Notes: a model not told the origin generated them from the letters alone. 63,498 nucleotides of DNA, filler included, from Asterionella formosa (GCA_002256025.1; 18 parts of 18 records of this genome joined end to end with filler, not necessarily neighbours in it), one strand, 5' to 3'; counted from the first letter of the whole stretch, positions 12,146-24,610 are shown. A program made the numbers and translations.

Positions 12146-12580
12146 TTAGATGTGGCGTTGAAGTTTCGAAGCGGAGTTGTTTTGACTTGATGTTCCCCCT
12201 TTCATGATTAAATGTTGAAGTTCATCGTTGCTATTGCCGTCTGGTGCAAGCCTTGCTCCTAGGTTTCGTGGGCCTTCCTGCGCATCTTTGTGTGGGACGG
12301 ATGTGGGTGTGCCGCCCGCCTCTCCTGACGTGAGGTGAATAGCGAGATCCATTTCCTTTTGTGGCTTCAAACTATATTCGTCTTGGTTGAAGTTCCAATC
12401 GATTGCAACAAAGAAGAATTTCTCTAGCGCCAGTGCCGCTCCTCCTGTGGTATACAAGAGATGTTCCCAATACTGGGCAACAGCTTGCATCTCTACCCCT
12501 AAATCTTGGATCATCCCTCTATCCAGGGCCAGAATCAGTTCTGTGTCGTTCATGTAGGTTTCTGCCACTTTGTGAATCTT
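12146..12580 (-). pseudogene. Non-LTR retrotransposon (diatom LINE) reverse transcriptase fragment
   Basis: Decayed catalytic motif YMNDTEL (for Y/FxDD), followed by AQYWEHLLYTTGGA..LEK and RNLGARLAPDGN, which resemble diatom LINE RT domains 5-7. Confidence 0.7.
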
Positions 12581-12986
12581 ATTTTTAATGGTCAATATAT
12601 TGTAATTATTAACCAAGGGAATGACAGGATCCCTTGAATACATTGACATGTTTGTTCTGCTGTTCCAATTGGACTCTTTTTGAATTCAAAGCGAAACATC
12701 TAACTAGAAGAAGTAGTATTTGTTGAATTTTTGAGCTTATTAGTTAATCCTCGTATGCAACTCCTTCTCCTCGGTTGACATCAAAGTAAAAGCGGAGCAA
12801 AACATCAAAGTTAGCAGTAGAGAACTCATCATTGTGACAATCCTTTTGTAAGTATGAGTATAGTTTTGTCTAGCTTCATCATGATGAAACTACTTCTACA
12901 TGACGTTTCTACGTCAAAACATACCAGCGCTAAAACTCTGAAAAATATTATTATTGTTACTTCGCGATTTTCAACTTCTTCATCTT

Positions 12987-13069
12987 TCAGCCAATCTTGG
13001 CCACATTTCAGACTTGAGCTTGCTGTTTATGTATTAGCTTAAGTCTAAAATGTGGCCAAGATTGGCTGA
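12987..13069. repeat. 83-bp inverted repeat (hairpin)
   Basis: TCAGCCAATCTTGGCCACATTT pairs perfectly with AAATGTGGCCAAGATTGGCTGA (22 bp). Pairing extends inward to about 34 bp with 2 mismatches around a loop of about 15 nt. Confidence 0.95.
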
Positions 13070-13350
13070 CAAATGAATGAAATCGTTTTCAATTGACCCC
13101 TCATTTCATTTCTCTTGATTGCAGGAACAAAACGAAATTAATTTAGCTGTAAACAATGAAAAGACGTTAGAATTTTGTACCACCAAAATGAATTGCCCTT
13201 TTAGTCGCATCTAGTTTGAAGCACAACATGCTGCATGTGACGAACAATTATTTATTAGCGGTGGAATGATTATATATGGAGTACCTCGTACCAGGTACTT
13301 GGTCGGTACATGATATCTTGCCGTGTATTTGAAGCAATGTTCATGTTCCC

Positions 13351-13543
13351 CGTGGATGTTTAATGCCTTATCAGAGCTCAAACTCACGAAACGAGAGTCG
13401 CGCGTACTTTTCAAGAATTACGCGAAGAACGCGCGACTAGAATTTCGCAAGATATTGAAAGAAAACAGCGAGGTCTGTGCACGATACACATACGGAATGT
13501 TCCACATAGCGAGGAAGTACGAAGTTTCCCGTACCCTCCATGA
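13351..13543 (+). repeat. Dispersed repeat of about 200 bp, copy 2
   Basis: Homologous to 3575-3780. It lies about 230 bp upstream of RING gene 2. Confidence 0.85.
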
Positions 13544-13769
13544 AACCACTTCGGGCGTCAATTTTGGCTTTCAGCATCATTCGTGCTATGTAATAAGGCA
13601 AAGAAAAGAAAGAGCTCTCGGCAATTGAGAAAGGTCGTATATTATCGTAATGGTAATAGCAACATGACACAACAAATTTAAAAGTTCAAGTATATGGTAC
13701 CAGGGTACGGTAGCACTTTCCTATCATCGTTTCAATACTATTCCGAATAGATTGCATCGAAGTTGCAGC

Positions 13770-14345
13770 ATGACGTTTGACAGCCGCTGCGACAGCGTCC
13801 AAAGTAACGGATCACTAGCGGCCTGCTTCATTGTTGTCTTTGGTGCTGTACTCCTCTTCATTGGTCCGTTCTATGCCCTGGTCTTTCTAGTTCTGACAAT
13901 GTGCATCTCTGTCATTTCCCAAGAATTTCGAGGGCGGAGAAGATTTCGTTTAGCGGTCGAACAGCGATCGAGTGAGCGGCCCGTTGACATCGAATCTTTA
14001 GGTCGTATCCCTGCACCACGAGTAGTGCCAGAATCCGGCCCTGATTTGTCTTCTCTTGTCGTACGAACGTTTCATAAGGACGACCCTATGTTCACCTGTG
14101 AAATTTGCTTAGAAGACGCACAGGAAGGTGAAGAGGTGGCAAGTTCGTCGAATAAGGACTGTATTCATGAGTTTCATGGAAATTGTATTCGTCAAGCATT
14201 ACGGCGACAGCAGACATGCCCGTGTTGTCGACGGGATTATTTGTCTCCACACGATGCTGTGGTTGCACCATCACCGTCTGATCAAGTGATTCCGCATCGA
14301 ATGGATTCACCTACAACTGTCGAAGAGGAGGACATCCCAGTATGA
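13770..14345 (+). CDS. Transmembrane RING-H2 (ATL-like) E3 ubiquitin ligase family protein, paralog 2
   Basis: ATG at 13770, two hydrophobic segments, a basic RGRRRFR stretch, and CEICLE...NKDCIHEFHGNC...CPCCR. It is clearly paralogous to 9635-10195. Confidence 0.88.
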   Translation: MTFDSRCDSVQSNGSLAACFIVVFGAVLLFIGPFYALVFLVLTMCISVISQEFRGRRRFRLAVEQRSSERPVDIESLGRIPAPRVVPESGPDLSSLVVRTFHKDDPMFTCEICLEDAQEGEEVASSSNKDCIHEFHGNCIRQALRRQQTCPCCRRDYLSPHDAVVAPSPSDQVIPHRMDSPTTVEEEDIPV

Positions 14346-14799
14346 AGTATGATGCATGGGGCCGAAATTTGACCAATTTGTTTGGTTTCGAGTGGTGCCC
14401 GTAATTGCTCGTGGGAATCATCATCGAGCTCGCTTTTTTGGATATTGAATTTTCCCTCTAGATTATGAAGTTGCTTCATCTTGTCAATGTTGTTTGCTGT
14501 TTAAGAACCATGAGCTAAATACAGGGCTGTTCAATACTTCTGCAGTCTGACAACTGGAATGCTTTATCACCTTATTGTGAACTTATTAAATCTACCTTGT
14601 AATCATTTTAATGACCAATTTTTAAGGTTCTCTTTCCAAATATTTATCAAGATTATCATTGTTGAGTTAGGTACTGGTATTTATCACTCAACCAGCAACT
14701 CATCTCCAGTTATTTAGTAGAACAATTGTGAATATTCAATGCTACTAGTTGTAATGCATAGTCATGTAGCTTTCGTTCTGGGACATATTGAGCTCATTT

Positions 14800-17700
14800 G
14801 AACGCCACTGGCGGTGCGGGAAATGGAAAACCAAACACTCATCATCGACAAAAACTAGCAGCAACAAAGTAATGAAAGGAAACGAATAAATCACAGGAAA
14901 AATGAGAAAATAATGCCAATTAATGCATTTAACTATGATCACGAAGATGTCGAACAAGCACTAGTGTCGAAGCATGCAGTGTTTGCAGCAAAGAGCAAAA
15001 GAAACCGCAAAAGACTACAAACTACATAAGAAGCACAACATTCAGGCAGCACAACAGGAACACAAAATGGAGAATCTGCCTCGATTGTTAAAGAAGGTCA
15101 CTGGGCAAAAAACAGTGCTAGGAAAATGCTTATTGTGGCTGGCGGAACACAAGGTACCTTGATGGAAATGGAGTTTGAACAGCAGAACAGCAAATCTTCA
15201 TTGCACACAGGCACTGCAATGCCTCCTCCATCACAAATCGCGAGTCCAATAGACACAAAAATGAAAGTATCATATAGCGTTGATGGTACAACACTCAATG
15301 ATGAATCACTTGGTCTAGTAATGCTACAGTGGAAATCGAAGTTCAGAGTGACCGTGAAGACTACAAAATCTATCACTGAGAACAAAACAGATTTCTTTGA
15401 ACAAGTGCAGGTGTTACTCAGCAAGATGTTAGCACTTGATCCTGCATTGCGGCTCTTTCCCCTGGAGACAACCACAAAGGACATATCGATTCACGCGCTG
15501 AAAGGCTTGTTGTCCAAGACTAGAGAGAAGTATATCATGCAGCAAACCGCTTCAAAACAGGAGCATATCGATAGTTTTCTTCACATCAGGTCTCATCATT
15601 CAAGCAGCACGCTTAAGAGACATGTTCTACCATATCTCAAAGTGTCAAAAGTGTATATGGAGGAGTACTACCTAATGATTCTTGAGGAAGTCCAAGTGGG
15701 ATGGTTGTTTCTAGTCAAAAGTGCAGGGGTAAAATCTTGGATAAAAAAATGATGGGTACCACAGCACTTGAGTTGGAAAATTAGATCCATATGCAGAGTA
15801 TAAGGTTTCAGAAATTTGGCATCAATTATTAGTGCAAGTAAAAGCACAGCAATTCCAACATATGAAACACTCACCAAGGTTCAAAGCTTCCATTGGTTCC
15901 AACAAGGAGCGTCACAGGGAACTCAGTTACATTGGAAGTTTCCACAACTACAGATGTGAAACAGCCAATGAAATCCCGGGCTCAAATTGCGATGATTGGT
16001 TCCACCTCCACCTAGGGTACTGCTCTGACTACAGATTGAACTCAAAATACAGAGCTACATACAAAAAGGCTGGAGGACTGTCTGATGGAACTATTAAACC
16101 ATCAAAACCAAACAAACACGGCTATGCAGAGACTTGAAGTTACCCTAACCCAGCTACTTGGTGCACTGCAGGAACTGGCATCTCATCGGCTCAAAAGACC
16201 ACAGAAACTGTAGACAAACTGGTAGCACAAGTGATGTGCACAAACAGTACATTGGATATGTTGGTCCATGCATTGGTAACACAAGGTGTTCTTCCGGGAT
16301 TCAGCTGCTCTCGATTGCCGCCAGAACAGGATCAAAACTGTTTGCAGTCTTCGGAGCATGCATTGGTAGTAGGAACACAAGGTCTTATTCCAGGATTCAG
16401 CTCCTCTCGCTTGCGGCCAGAAAACTATCACAACTTTTCGCAGTCTTCGATTCAACAAGAGACTCTGCTAAGTCTGGAGAATGAGGGAGTTGTAACAGAC
16501 ATCTCTACCATAGCTCAAAACCTTTTGTCTCGTGCATCTAGATAAAAGGCCCCAGTCAATGCCTGGCAAATTCCAAAGGGCCAGAAAAGTAAGAGTACCG
16601 ATCCAGGTACACTGCCTAATGAAGGAATTCCTCCTCACCATCTAGGTACTAATCAGTCTTGGATGACATGGAGGAGGAAGACATCTATGGAGCCCAGGTG
16701 CCAGAGTCTTGTGATATGAAAGTAGAGGAATCCAGCTTTCCATATGTTTCGGTAGCATCTCTAGAAAGGCAAGACTATTCATTTATCCAATCTCAAGTCG
16801 ACGAGATTGATTTGATGAACCGGTCAGGAATAATTGAAATGAAGCAAAAAAAATTAAAGTCCAAACAACCTCTTGAAAACAGATAAATGTTAGCTCAATA
16901 CAATTAAAAGTAAGGTATTTCCGTCTACAGAGGTCGACAATGTAGACAATGCCCATATTTCGAATACTTAATCCACCAATAAGGATCAACAAAAGGAAAA
17001 ACATCATCAAACAGCTCAACAACTCAAACACATACTCTGCACTACAAAGACATGACACAAAATTTTATACCCCGAAGTACCACATACTGTCAGCAGGAAT
17101 CCTGGGGAGATACCATGCATGACAACCAAGACAAGAATATTTTTAGGGTTTATTTTCATAACATCTGCGGCTTACAGCTCCAAAGAACGGCAACAGATTT
17201 AGATGAAAAACTTTCAAGTAGGTCTGTACAGATGGTCAGGAACAAAGACGAATTGGCTGAATCCCGAAACACAAATGGAATACAAAGAAAGATCATCAAA
17301 GACATTCGAAACTGCAAAAAGTTCCTTCTCAACCAGCTCAATTCCCTCAGTTTCTCATTATAAACCAGGGGGCACAGTAACAACAGTAATAAGAAAATGG
17401 TGTGGTTGAGCGGATCATGACTCTGGAATGGACAAGTCTGGCATGGGCCATTGGAGCTACATACTACTAAAAATGTGGTCATCAGCCAGGTAAATATGGC
17501 ATACAGGGTATCACAATTTTGTATACCAAAGCAGGGATAATTCACAACATATCATCAAGAACACATGGTGATGTCAAACCAGAGTAATCTAGCACCAAAT
17601 CTGAGAACGCAGTTTGTCATAGACATGACCATATTTATTCGGGATCAACAAACTATGGGAAGTGAAATACTTCTTATGATGGATGCAAATGAGGACACGG

Positions 17701-18530
17701 GACCAGCAAAGAGAGGGATTGTTAATATTCTTCACGATTGCTCACTATTAAACTTAATGGAGACACTTCACCCAGGGAAAACGACTCCGACAACAAATGA
17801 CAGAGGTACCAAAACAATAGATCATATGTTTGGAAGCCCCCAAGTTAGAAACTCGATGATAAGAGGGGGTTATTAAAATTTTTATCGATTCATTGAGGCG
17901 GAACACTGCGGAATGTACATGGATTTTAATGCTTCCCGGCTGTTTGGGGGTGTTCAGGAGGATGTGACATCGGCTCAGCATCGCACCTTTTTATCCTCCA
18001 ATCCAAAGTCAAGTCAGAAATATCTTCAGGCGGTCAAAACATATTGGACAAGCATTAAAATATTTAAAAGAATCAAAGCTGCCTCTTCATTCTCAAGAAA
18101 TGTGGACTAAAGAAAAATTGCGAAAGAATGGGAAATCCTCGATGAAGACATTGGCAGCCAGTGTGATGAAACTTGGAGAAAAGGCGGTCAAATGTCCAAT
18201 GGAGAAATATGCCTGGTCCAAAAACCTCAGAGTTCTTCTTGCATAGTAAGCTAGCTCTCAGTAATGGAAAAATACTAAAGCTGCAAAATTATGCTGATCA
18301 ACAGGAAGACCTACAGTCGATGAGGGATCATCTTGCAAACTCTTTTATATTGGAATATATGTTGCTTGCCTGTGTTGATTGTCCGTATTAATGGACCTAA
18401 GAAAAGGTTCTTGAATTGGAGCTGTTCTTCCTTCTAGCAGAGGATTATTACAACATACCTCTGGTGGAGTCATTCAATGGTTAACAGGCGCAGTATGGTG
18501 GAAATACATATGACAAATACAAATGTAGGT
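14800..18530 (+). mobile_element. Degenerate large LINE (ORF1 remnants plus APE endonuclease), with the RT deleted
   Basis: Broken ORFs with WGD..IFRVYFHNICGL (17100-17180), YKPGGT, MMDANE and RGTKTIDHMFGS, which are exonuclease-endonuclease-phosphatase motifs of LINE ORF2. There are many stops and frameshifts, and the boundaries are approximate. Confidence 0.75.
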
Positions 18531-18582
18531 ATATGCTGGAACTTGAATCTATGGATTTAGTATGGTAGGCAGCCAACTGCTA

Positions 18583-19273
18583 CCATCTAAAAACTGATTT
18601 GAACCTCTATCGAAATTATTTACTGTTTTGAACCTCTATACGTAGAATAATAGGTTTTGTCACGAATTTCTGATTTTTTTACAAATCTGAAACGATCCAT
18701 CTGTAGCTGAGCATGTAGCGCTTATCTATGATTGAACGTGCTACTCTGAACATTCATTTGTATAATCGATTTTTATACGTGAAAGTGTCGATCGACCTTT
18801 TTTGGACAAAATAGCGGTTTACCACAACCTCGGAGTATGCAGGCATGTGAACACATAAATGACATAGGTAAACCTTATTATCATATATTTATTTAAATCG
18901 ACATGGATTTGTTTAGCCCCATAGTAGAAATCATACCAAGTGTATGTTGCACCGGTAATTGATGGCAAACATCATGCATTATGGAACGTTGTAATCTGTC
19001 TTCCCTGTAGAACAACATAAATTAATTCTATGGTATTAGGATTTTTATATACTGCTTTGAACCTCTATAATGGATAAATGCATAATTATAAACACTCATA
19101 TCTTCTGTTTTCAATGGAATCTGGTTGAATCATTTGTCCAATCATAGTCCCTCACCTCTTGTGAACATCTGGAGCATCTAAGGTGACTGAATTGAATATT
19201 TCAGTGTTAAGTTTGTACTAATTGATCGAATGTAGTTAAATAACAGTAGAGGTTCAAAGCAGCTTTTAGGTGG
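18583..19273. mobile_element. 691-bp MITE with TA target duplication (Tc1/mariner-like)
   Basis: 27-bp TIRs CCATCTAAAAACTGATTTGAACCTCTA / CCACCTAAAAGCTGCTTTGAACCTCTA (24/27), TA on both sides, and internal TTGAACCTCTA repeats. Confidence 0.85.
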
Positions 19274-19860
19274 TACCAGCAGTGTATCCAACAAGGTATG
19301 AAATTAAGTTATAGAGCACACATTCATTTTCTCTGTGTCTGGCGGCATATGCTCCTTTCGTCGTGATTTTGTGGACAGGTGTTTATATTTTGCTTGCTAA
19401 CCATTACCTGTTAAAAACTGCTGTGTCCCGATGAATTATCCTATTCGTTTGAATAGTTCGATTAAACTTATTTGATGCTTCGTGAGAAAAACAATTCCAG
19501 GTCTTGTTAGCCGAAGGTGTCAGCAGGTTGTCAAGTTGATATTATCAAGGGCGATTCTTTACTGTGGGTGCTGTATATCACTACCTGGTACCTGATACCT
19601 GCAAGTTTCGGTAATTTTGCTGAACTGAGGATTTAGCTCTTTTTATCCCATATCGAATTGTTTATTTAAGCAAAATGACCGCATCTCGTTGTTGTACCTT
19701 CAACCAGCAGTCATTTTCCTGAAACGGACAACATGTTACAGGTCATCGACTAATTTATAACGTATAAAGAACAGCTTCTATTCATAGCACGATTCAGCGA
19801 AATAAATAGCGGAATTCTTCTAATTGCAAAAACGAGAACACCCAGCATAAGACTATGACA

Positions 19861-20010
19861 TTCAGGAAGAATTATGACTTTCAGAAAATTCCTATAAATT
19901 TCAGGAAATGCTTATGACTTTCAGCAAAACTTAAGGAAACTTTAGGAAATGTCAGGAAACATAAGGAAATGCGTAAGAAAATTTCAGGAAATGCATGGAA
20001 TTTCCTGAAG
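19861..20010. repeat. Cluster of short (TTC)AGGAAA repeats, probably the subterminal array of a non-autonomous element
   Basis: Repeated TTCAGGAA/TAAGGAAA/TCAGAAAA motifs at 10-20 bp spacing. Confidence 0.5.
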
Positions 20011-20162
20011 TCTCCAAAATTAGTCTTTTCTGGCCGACGTGAAAAACCGCATATCCTTCGATCTGGATTTAAAGTACCGTACAAGTTTTCCTGCTGGTAA
20101 TAGTTAGGATCATTTTTGAAATACCGGTAGTGGTGTTGCTAACTATTATATATTTATATTTA

Positions 20163-20724
20163 GGGCTGTTCTTATAATTTTTTTCGTGTAGTATAACGGA
20201 ATTAGAATTTATTTGAAAATTTATCAGCAACGGTAACTCGATTTGAACTGAATTTCATTCATTCCAAAAGTGTCACTGTATCACTAATTTGTGATCACAT
20301 TGTATCATGGAGTAACATTGATCTTCAACGGCAACTGGCTAGCGACGATCATGTGTATACCCCTCCAGAATATAATGATGGTCTTGATATCAAGCAGCAA
20401 CATAAAATATAATTACCGGGAAACTATATATTGTATTAGTAACACACCATTGCATGAATCATGCCGTTGCCATTTGATTTACTTGATGATAATGATGATG
20501 ACAGTAGTGATCTTGATTTCTTCTTCCTCTGTCATTTAGCGAAGGAAGCAGAGGAAAAAGAACACTCATCCAAACGACACAGGCGACGCTGTAAACGGCA
20601 GCTTCAGTCATCCGAACGACGACGACAACGAAGGCATAAGTGGCACCACGAAAGAATCTCCTGGCAATCACATGTCAACAAACTCAATCACGAGATTGCT
20701 TTCGAGAAGACATACAGAATGTCA
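20163..20724 (+). mobile_element. 5' end of a PIF/Harbinger transposon, with the transposase N-terminus (ORF from 20461) cut by the contig end
   Basis: TTA|GGGCTGTTCTTAT terminus. The ORF ends KWHHERISWQSHVNKLNHEIAFEKTYRMS, which parallels KWEHQQIDWNEHVTKRLHENRFHCEYRMS at about 29590-29690. Confidence 0.75.
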
Positions 20725-20824
20725 NNNNNNNNNNNNNNNNNNNNNNNNNNNNNNNNNNNNNNNNNNNNTTAATTAATTAANNNNNNNNNNNNNNNNNNNN
20801 NNNNNNNNNNNNNNNNNNNNNNNN
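20725..20824. other. Artificial contig linker N44-TTAATTAATTAA-N44 (first of 17)
   Basis: Identical 100-nt linkers start at 20725, 22101, 23477, 44296, 45671, 47046, 48420, 49795, 51169, 52542, 53914, 55286, 56658, 58029, 59400, 60759 and 62129. TTAATTAATTAA gives stops in all six frames. Confidence 0.98.
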
Positions 20825-22100
20825 ACTGTCCCCAGTTGGTACCAGGGCACCGCTCTCCTCCGTCCCCACTGCCAAGTCATCAATGAAGATGTTGAACAGT
20901 ATAGGCGAAAGAGGGCAACCCTGCCGCACACCTCGCAACAGTCTGCAGGGGTCCGAGTACAGGGCAGTCAAGCCACCCCCCACTCGTACCCTGATTGTAC
21001 TGCTGCGATAAAGGGCACGTAGAAAAGCAAGGCAACGTCCCCTGATCCCAAACCTGGATAGTTTCGCAAAGAGCGCCTCGTGGGGCACCGTATCATATGC
21101 CTTCTTGAGGTCTACGAATACCACGTAGGTCGGCTCTCCCACTATCCTCCGGCGTTGTATGATTTCCATGACACAGGCTACCTGGGTTACACATTCCTCT
21201 CTCTGGCGAAAGCCAGCCTGGGCTCGGCTAAACAGCCCTCGAGATTCCGCTTCCACATTTATCCTGGTACCAAGGATCACACACACCACCTTGAGGACAG
21301 TGGCCATGAGCGAAATCCCCCGATAGTTGTTCATATCAGCCAAGTCCCCTTTCTTAGGTATTGAGACGACCAGTGACTCAGCCCACGACTGGGCCACCAG
21401 TCCCCTCTCATACGCAAAGTTGAGTAGGGTTCCTAGTGAGTCCGTCATTGGAGCGGATGGTGGCGGGGCGGGCTCCTCTTCCCGATAGTTTTGAAGGTGG
21501 GAAAGTAGGGCCCGTTCCTCCGCCAAACATGCCTGTAGCAGTTCAGTGGGTATCCCGTCACCGCCCGGAGCACGATGGCTCTTCATCTTCCTCAGGGCAG
21601 TCCAAATATCGGAGGTTGTGAAGGGTTCGTCCAGCGAACGGATCCCCTCATTTGCCTGTGGGTGCGGGTCAAATTTCTCCCAATATTGGGCCTCCTGGCT
21701 ATGACCGGTTTCATCTGCTGCTAGAGAGGCATAGTGCGCTCCCCAGGCCTGATGAATATCAGTCAAAGCTGTCAGCAGGCGTCCGTCCGGGCCAAGGACC
21801 GGTTGGACACCTGCGATGCTGCTCTTCTGGCGCCATCCTGCAGTCGCTGCGGCCCACCGCCAATAGTGGCGAGGTTTCTCGCGCATATTGACGTGAGCCT
21901 CCCTAATTGCCTTATACCATGCCCGCCTACCCGAGAGGCGGATCACCTTCCGCGCCCTCTCTTTGGCAGCCTTGTACATGTCCCCAAGCCGTGCTACATC
22001 TTCACGGTCTCCTCGCGACTCCGCCCTCCGGGTTTCCCGGAAAATCCTCCTTCGGGTCTCAATCGCCCGACGTACCTGTCCTGTCACTCTTGGTGGGTTT
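20825..22100 (-). mobile_element. LINE ORF2 reverse transcriptase fragment, uninterrupted ORF (copy 1)
   Basis: Motifs APGGDGIP, IPKKGD...NNYRGISL, QAGFR, FVDLKKAYDTVPH and GVRQGCPLSPILFNIFIDDL. Confidence 0.95.
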
Positions 22101-22200
22101 NNNNNNNNNNNNNNNNNNNNNNNNNNNNNNNNNNNNNNNNNNNNTTAATTAATTAANNNNNNNNNNNNNNNNNNNNNNNNNNNNNNNNNNNNNNNNNNNN

Positions 22201-23476
22201 ACTGTCCCCAGTTGGTACCAGGGCACCGCTCTCCTCCGTCCCCACTGCCAAGTCATCAATGAAGATGTTGAACAGTATAGGCGAAAGAGGGCAACCCTGC
22301 CGCACACCTCGCAACAGTCTGCAGGGGTCCGAGTACAGGGCAGTCAAGCCACCCCCCACTCGTACCCTGATTGTACTGCTGCGATAAAGGGCACGTAGAA
22401 AAGCAAGGCAACGTCCCCTGATCCCAAACCTGGATAGTTTCGCAAAGAGCGCCTCGTGGGGCACCGTATCATATGCCTTCTTGAGGTCTACGAATACCAC
22501 GTAGGTCGGCTCTCCCACTATCCTCCGGCGTTGTATGATTTCCATGACACAGGCTACCTGGGTTACACATTCCTCTCTCTGGCGAAAGCCAGCCTGGGCT
22601 CGGCTAAACAGCCCTCGAGATTCCGCTTCCACATTTATCCTGGTACCAAGGATCACACACACCACCTTGAGGACAGTGGCCATGAGCGAAATCCCCCGAT
22701 AGTTGTTCATATCAGCCAAGTCCCCTTTCTTAGGTATTGAGACGACCAGTGACTCAGCCCACGACTGGGCCACCAGTCCCCTCTCATACGCAAAGTTGAG
22801 TAGGGTTCCTAGTGAGTCCGTCATTGGAGCGGATGGTGGCGGGGCGGGCTCCTCTTCCCGATAGTTTTGAAGGTGGGAAAGTAGGGCCCGTTCCTCCGCC
22901 AAACATGCCTGTAGCAGTTCAGTGGGTATCCCGTCACCGCCCGGAGCACGATGGCTCTTCATCTTCCTCAGGGCAGTCCAAATATCGGAGGTTGTGAAGG
23001 GTTCGTCCAGCGAACGGATCCCCTCATTTGCCTGTGGGTGCGGGTCAAATTTCTCCCAATATTGGGCCTCCTGGCTATGACCGGTTTCATCTGCTGCTAG
23101 AGAGGCATAGTGCGCTCCCCAGGCCTGATGAATATCAGTCAAAGCTGTCAGCAGGCGTCCGTCCGGGCCAAGGACCGGTTGGACACCTGCGATGCTGCTC
23201 TTCTGGCGCCATCCTGCAGTCGCTGAGGCCCACCGCCAATAGTGGCGAGGTTTCTCGCGCATATTGACGTGAGCCTCCCTAATTGCCTTATACCATGCCC
23301 GCCTACCCGAGAGGCGGAGCACCTTCCGCGCCCTCTCTTTGGCAGCCTTGTACATGTCCCCAAGCCGTGCTACATCTTCACGGTCTCCTCGCGACTCCGC
23401 CCTCCGGGTTTCCCGGAAAATCCTCCTTCGGGTCTCAATCGCCCGACGTACCTGTCCTGTCACTCTTGGTGGGTTT
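22201..23476 (-). mobile_element. LINE ORF2 reverse transcriptase fragment (copy 2, near-identical contig)
   Basis: Same length and ends as 20825-22100. The differences I found are at 21850/23226 and 21943/23319. Confidence 0.95.
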
Positions 23477-24487
23477 NNNNNNNNNNNNNNNNNNNNNNNN
23501 NNNNNNNNNNNNNNNNNNNNTTAATTAATTAANNNNNNNNNNNNNNNNNNNNNNNNNNNNNNNNNNNNNNNNNNNNTTCGAAAAGTCAAATGAATTATTT
23601 GAAACATCAACTAATTCAGTCTCGCGTTCAAAATTCATTGTGAAAACTTCACATGAAACAGTTAAAACTTCACATGAAACCGTTAAAAGTAATCTTTTTT
23701 ACGTGAAGAGTGGCATTAATGCATGTGAAGTACCACATAATTAACACTCATACGTAGACGAAATTTCGAAAAGTGGCGTATTTCGCGTCTTAGATGTATA
23801 ATACATGTTTTACACTATTTTGCCAAGTAAAAGACGAGTCGTCTACGAAGACTAATACAGTACCGTTAATATTTCCTAAAAACGACCAATTCACCATGAT
23901 GACAGGCGCTATCCAAGCGGCCAACCAAGCAGAGAAAGAACAAATCATTCTTATGAAAAAGATCCATAAGATAGTATTGAAATCCAATAGAAAGAGAATG
24001 CAGAACGAGGAGAAGGAGATGGCAAAGCAGACAAAGCTTAATGCAGGAGCAGTGAACAATGGCGATTGCATGGATGTCAATTTGGCACTTGACACAAATT
24101 GAGGAATTCATGGCCATGGTATCAACACAACAGAAGAACCCTGCAAAGGCAACAAGAGAAAAGAAAAAGAAAAGTTTACCTCCTTCTTCACAACAGCAGT
24201 GAGCACTTTTAGAGTGCAAGAAGAATAATGCAAAAATGGTGATGTACTAAAGCAACATTGACAAGAACGAAGAGGACAGAGAAATAAAGAAGTCACTGAT
24301 GAATAAATACGCCAGAGCTGGATGCAATGCTAAAAGCAATAATTTCATGATGACAACGAGAAAACAATTATGTGATGCATCTTAGGATGATGATTATATG
24401 ATTGTATAATTGCATTATTTCATCTAATATGTATAATAATTTTCGTTATAAATTAAATAGTTACCTTTTTGGAATATGCATATGCAA

Positions 24488-24610
24488 CTATAAATTTAAT
24501 TTATGTCATGTGATTAAATTATCAAAAAAGGCACCATTTTTTATTTCTAACTGCAACAATGGAAACGAATTCTGGGAGGAGGGATCAACAGCAGTTATCA
24601 TTATTGCAAC
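24488..24610 (+). repeat. Repeat of about 120 bp shared with 27207-27330
   Basis: ATAAATTTAAT..ATGTCATGT.ATTAAATTA..CACCATTTT..TTTCTAAC.GCAACAA..GAAT..TGGGAGGAGGGAT occurs in both places. Confidence 0.8.

Noticed and set aside
20825..23476. Tandem duplicated reverse transcriptases as a retron, DGR or defence RT system
   Set aside because: The motifs are those of non-LTR retrotransposon ORF2, and the two copies are separate contigs rather than a tandem locus.
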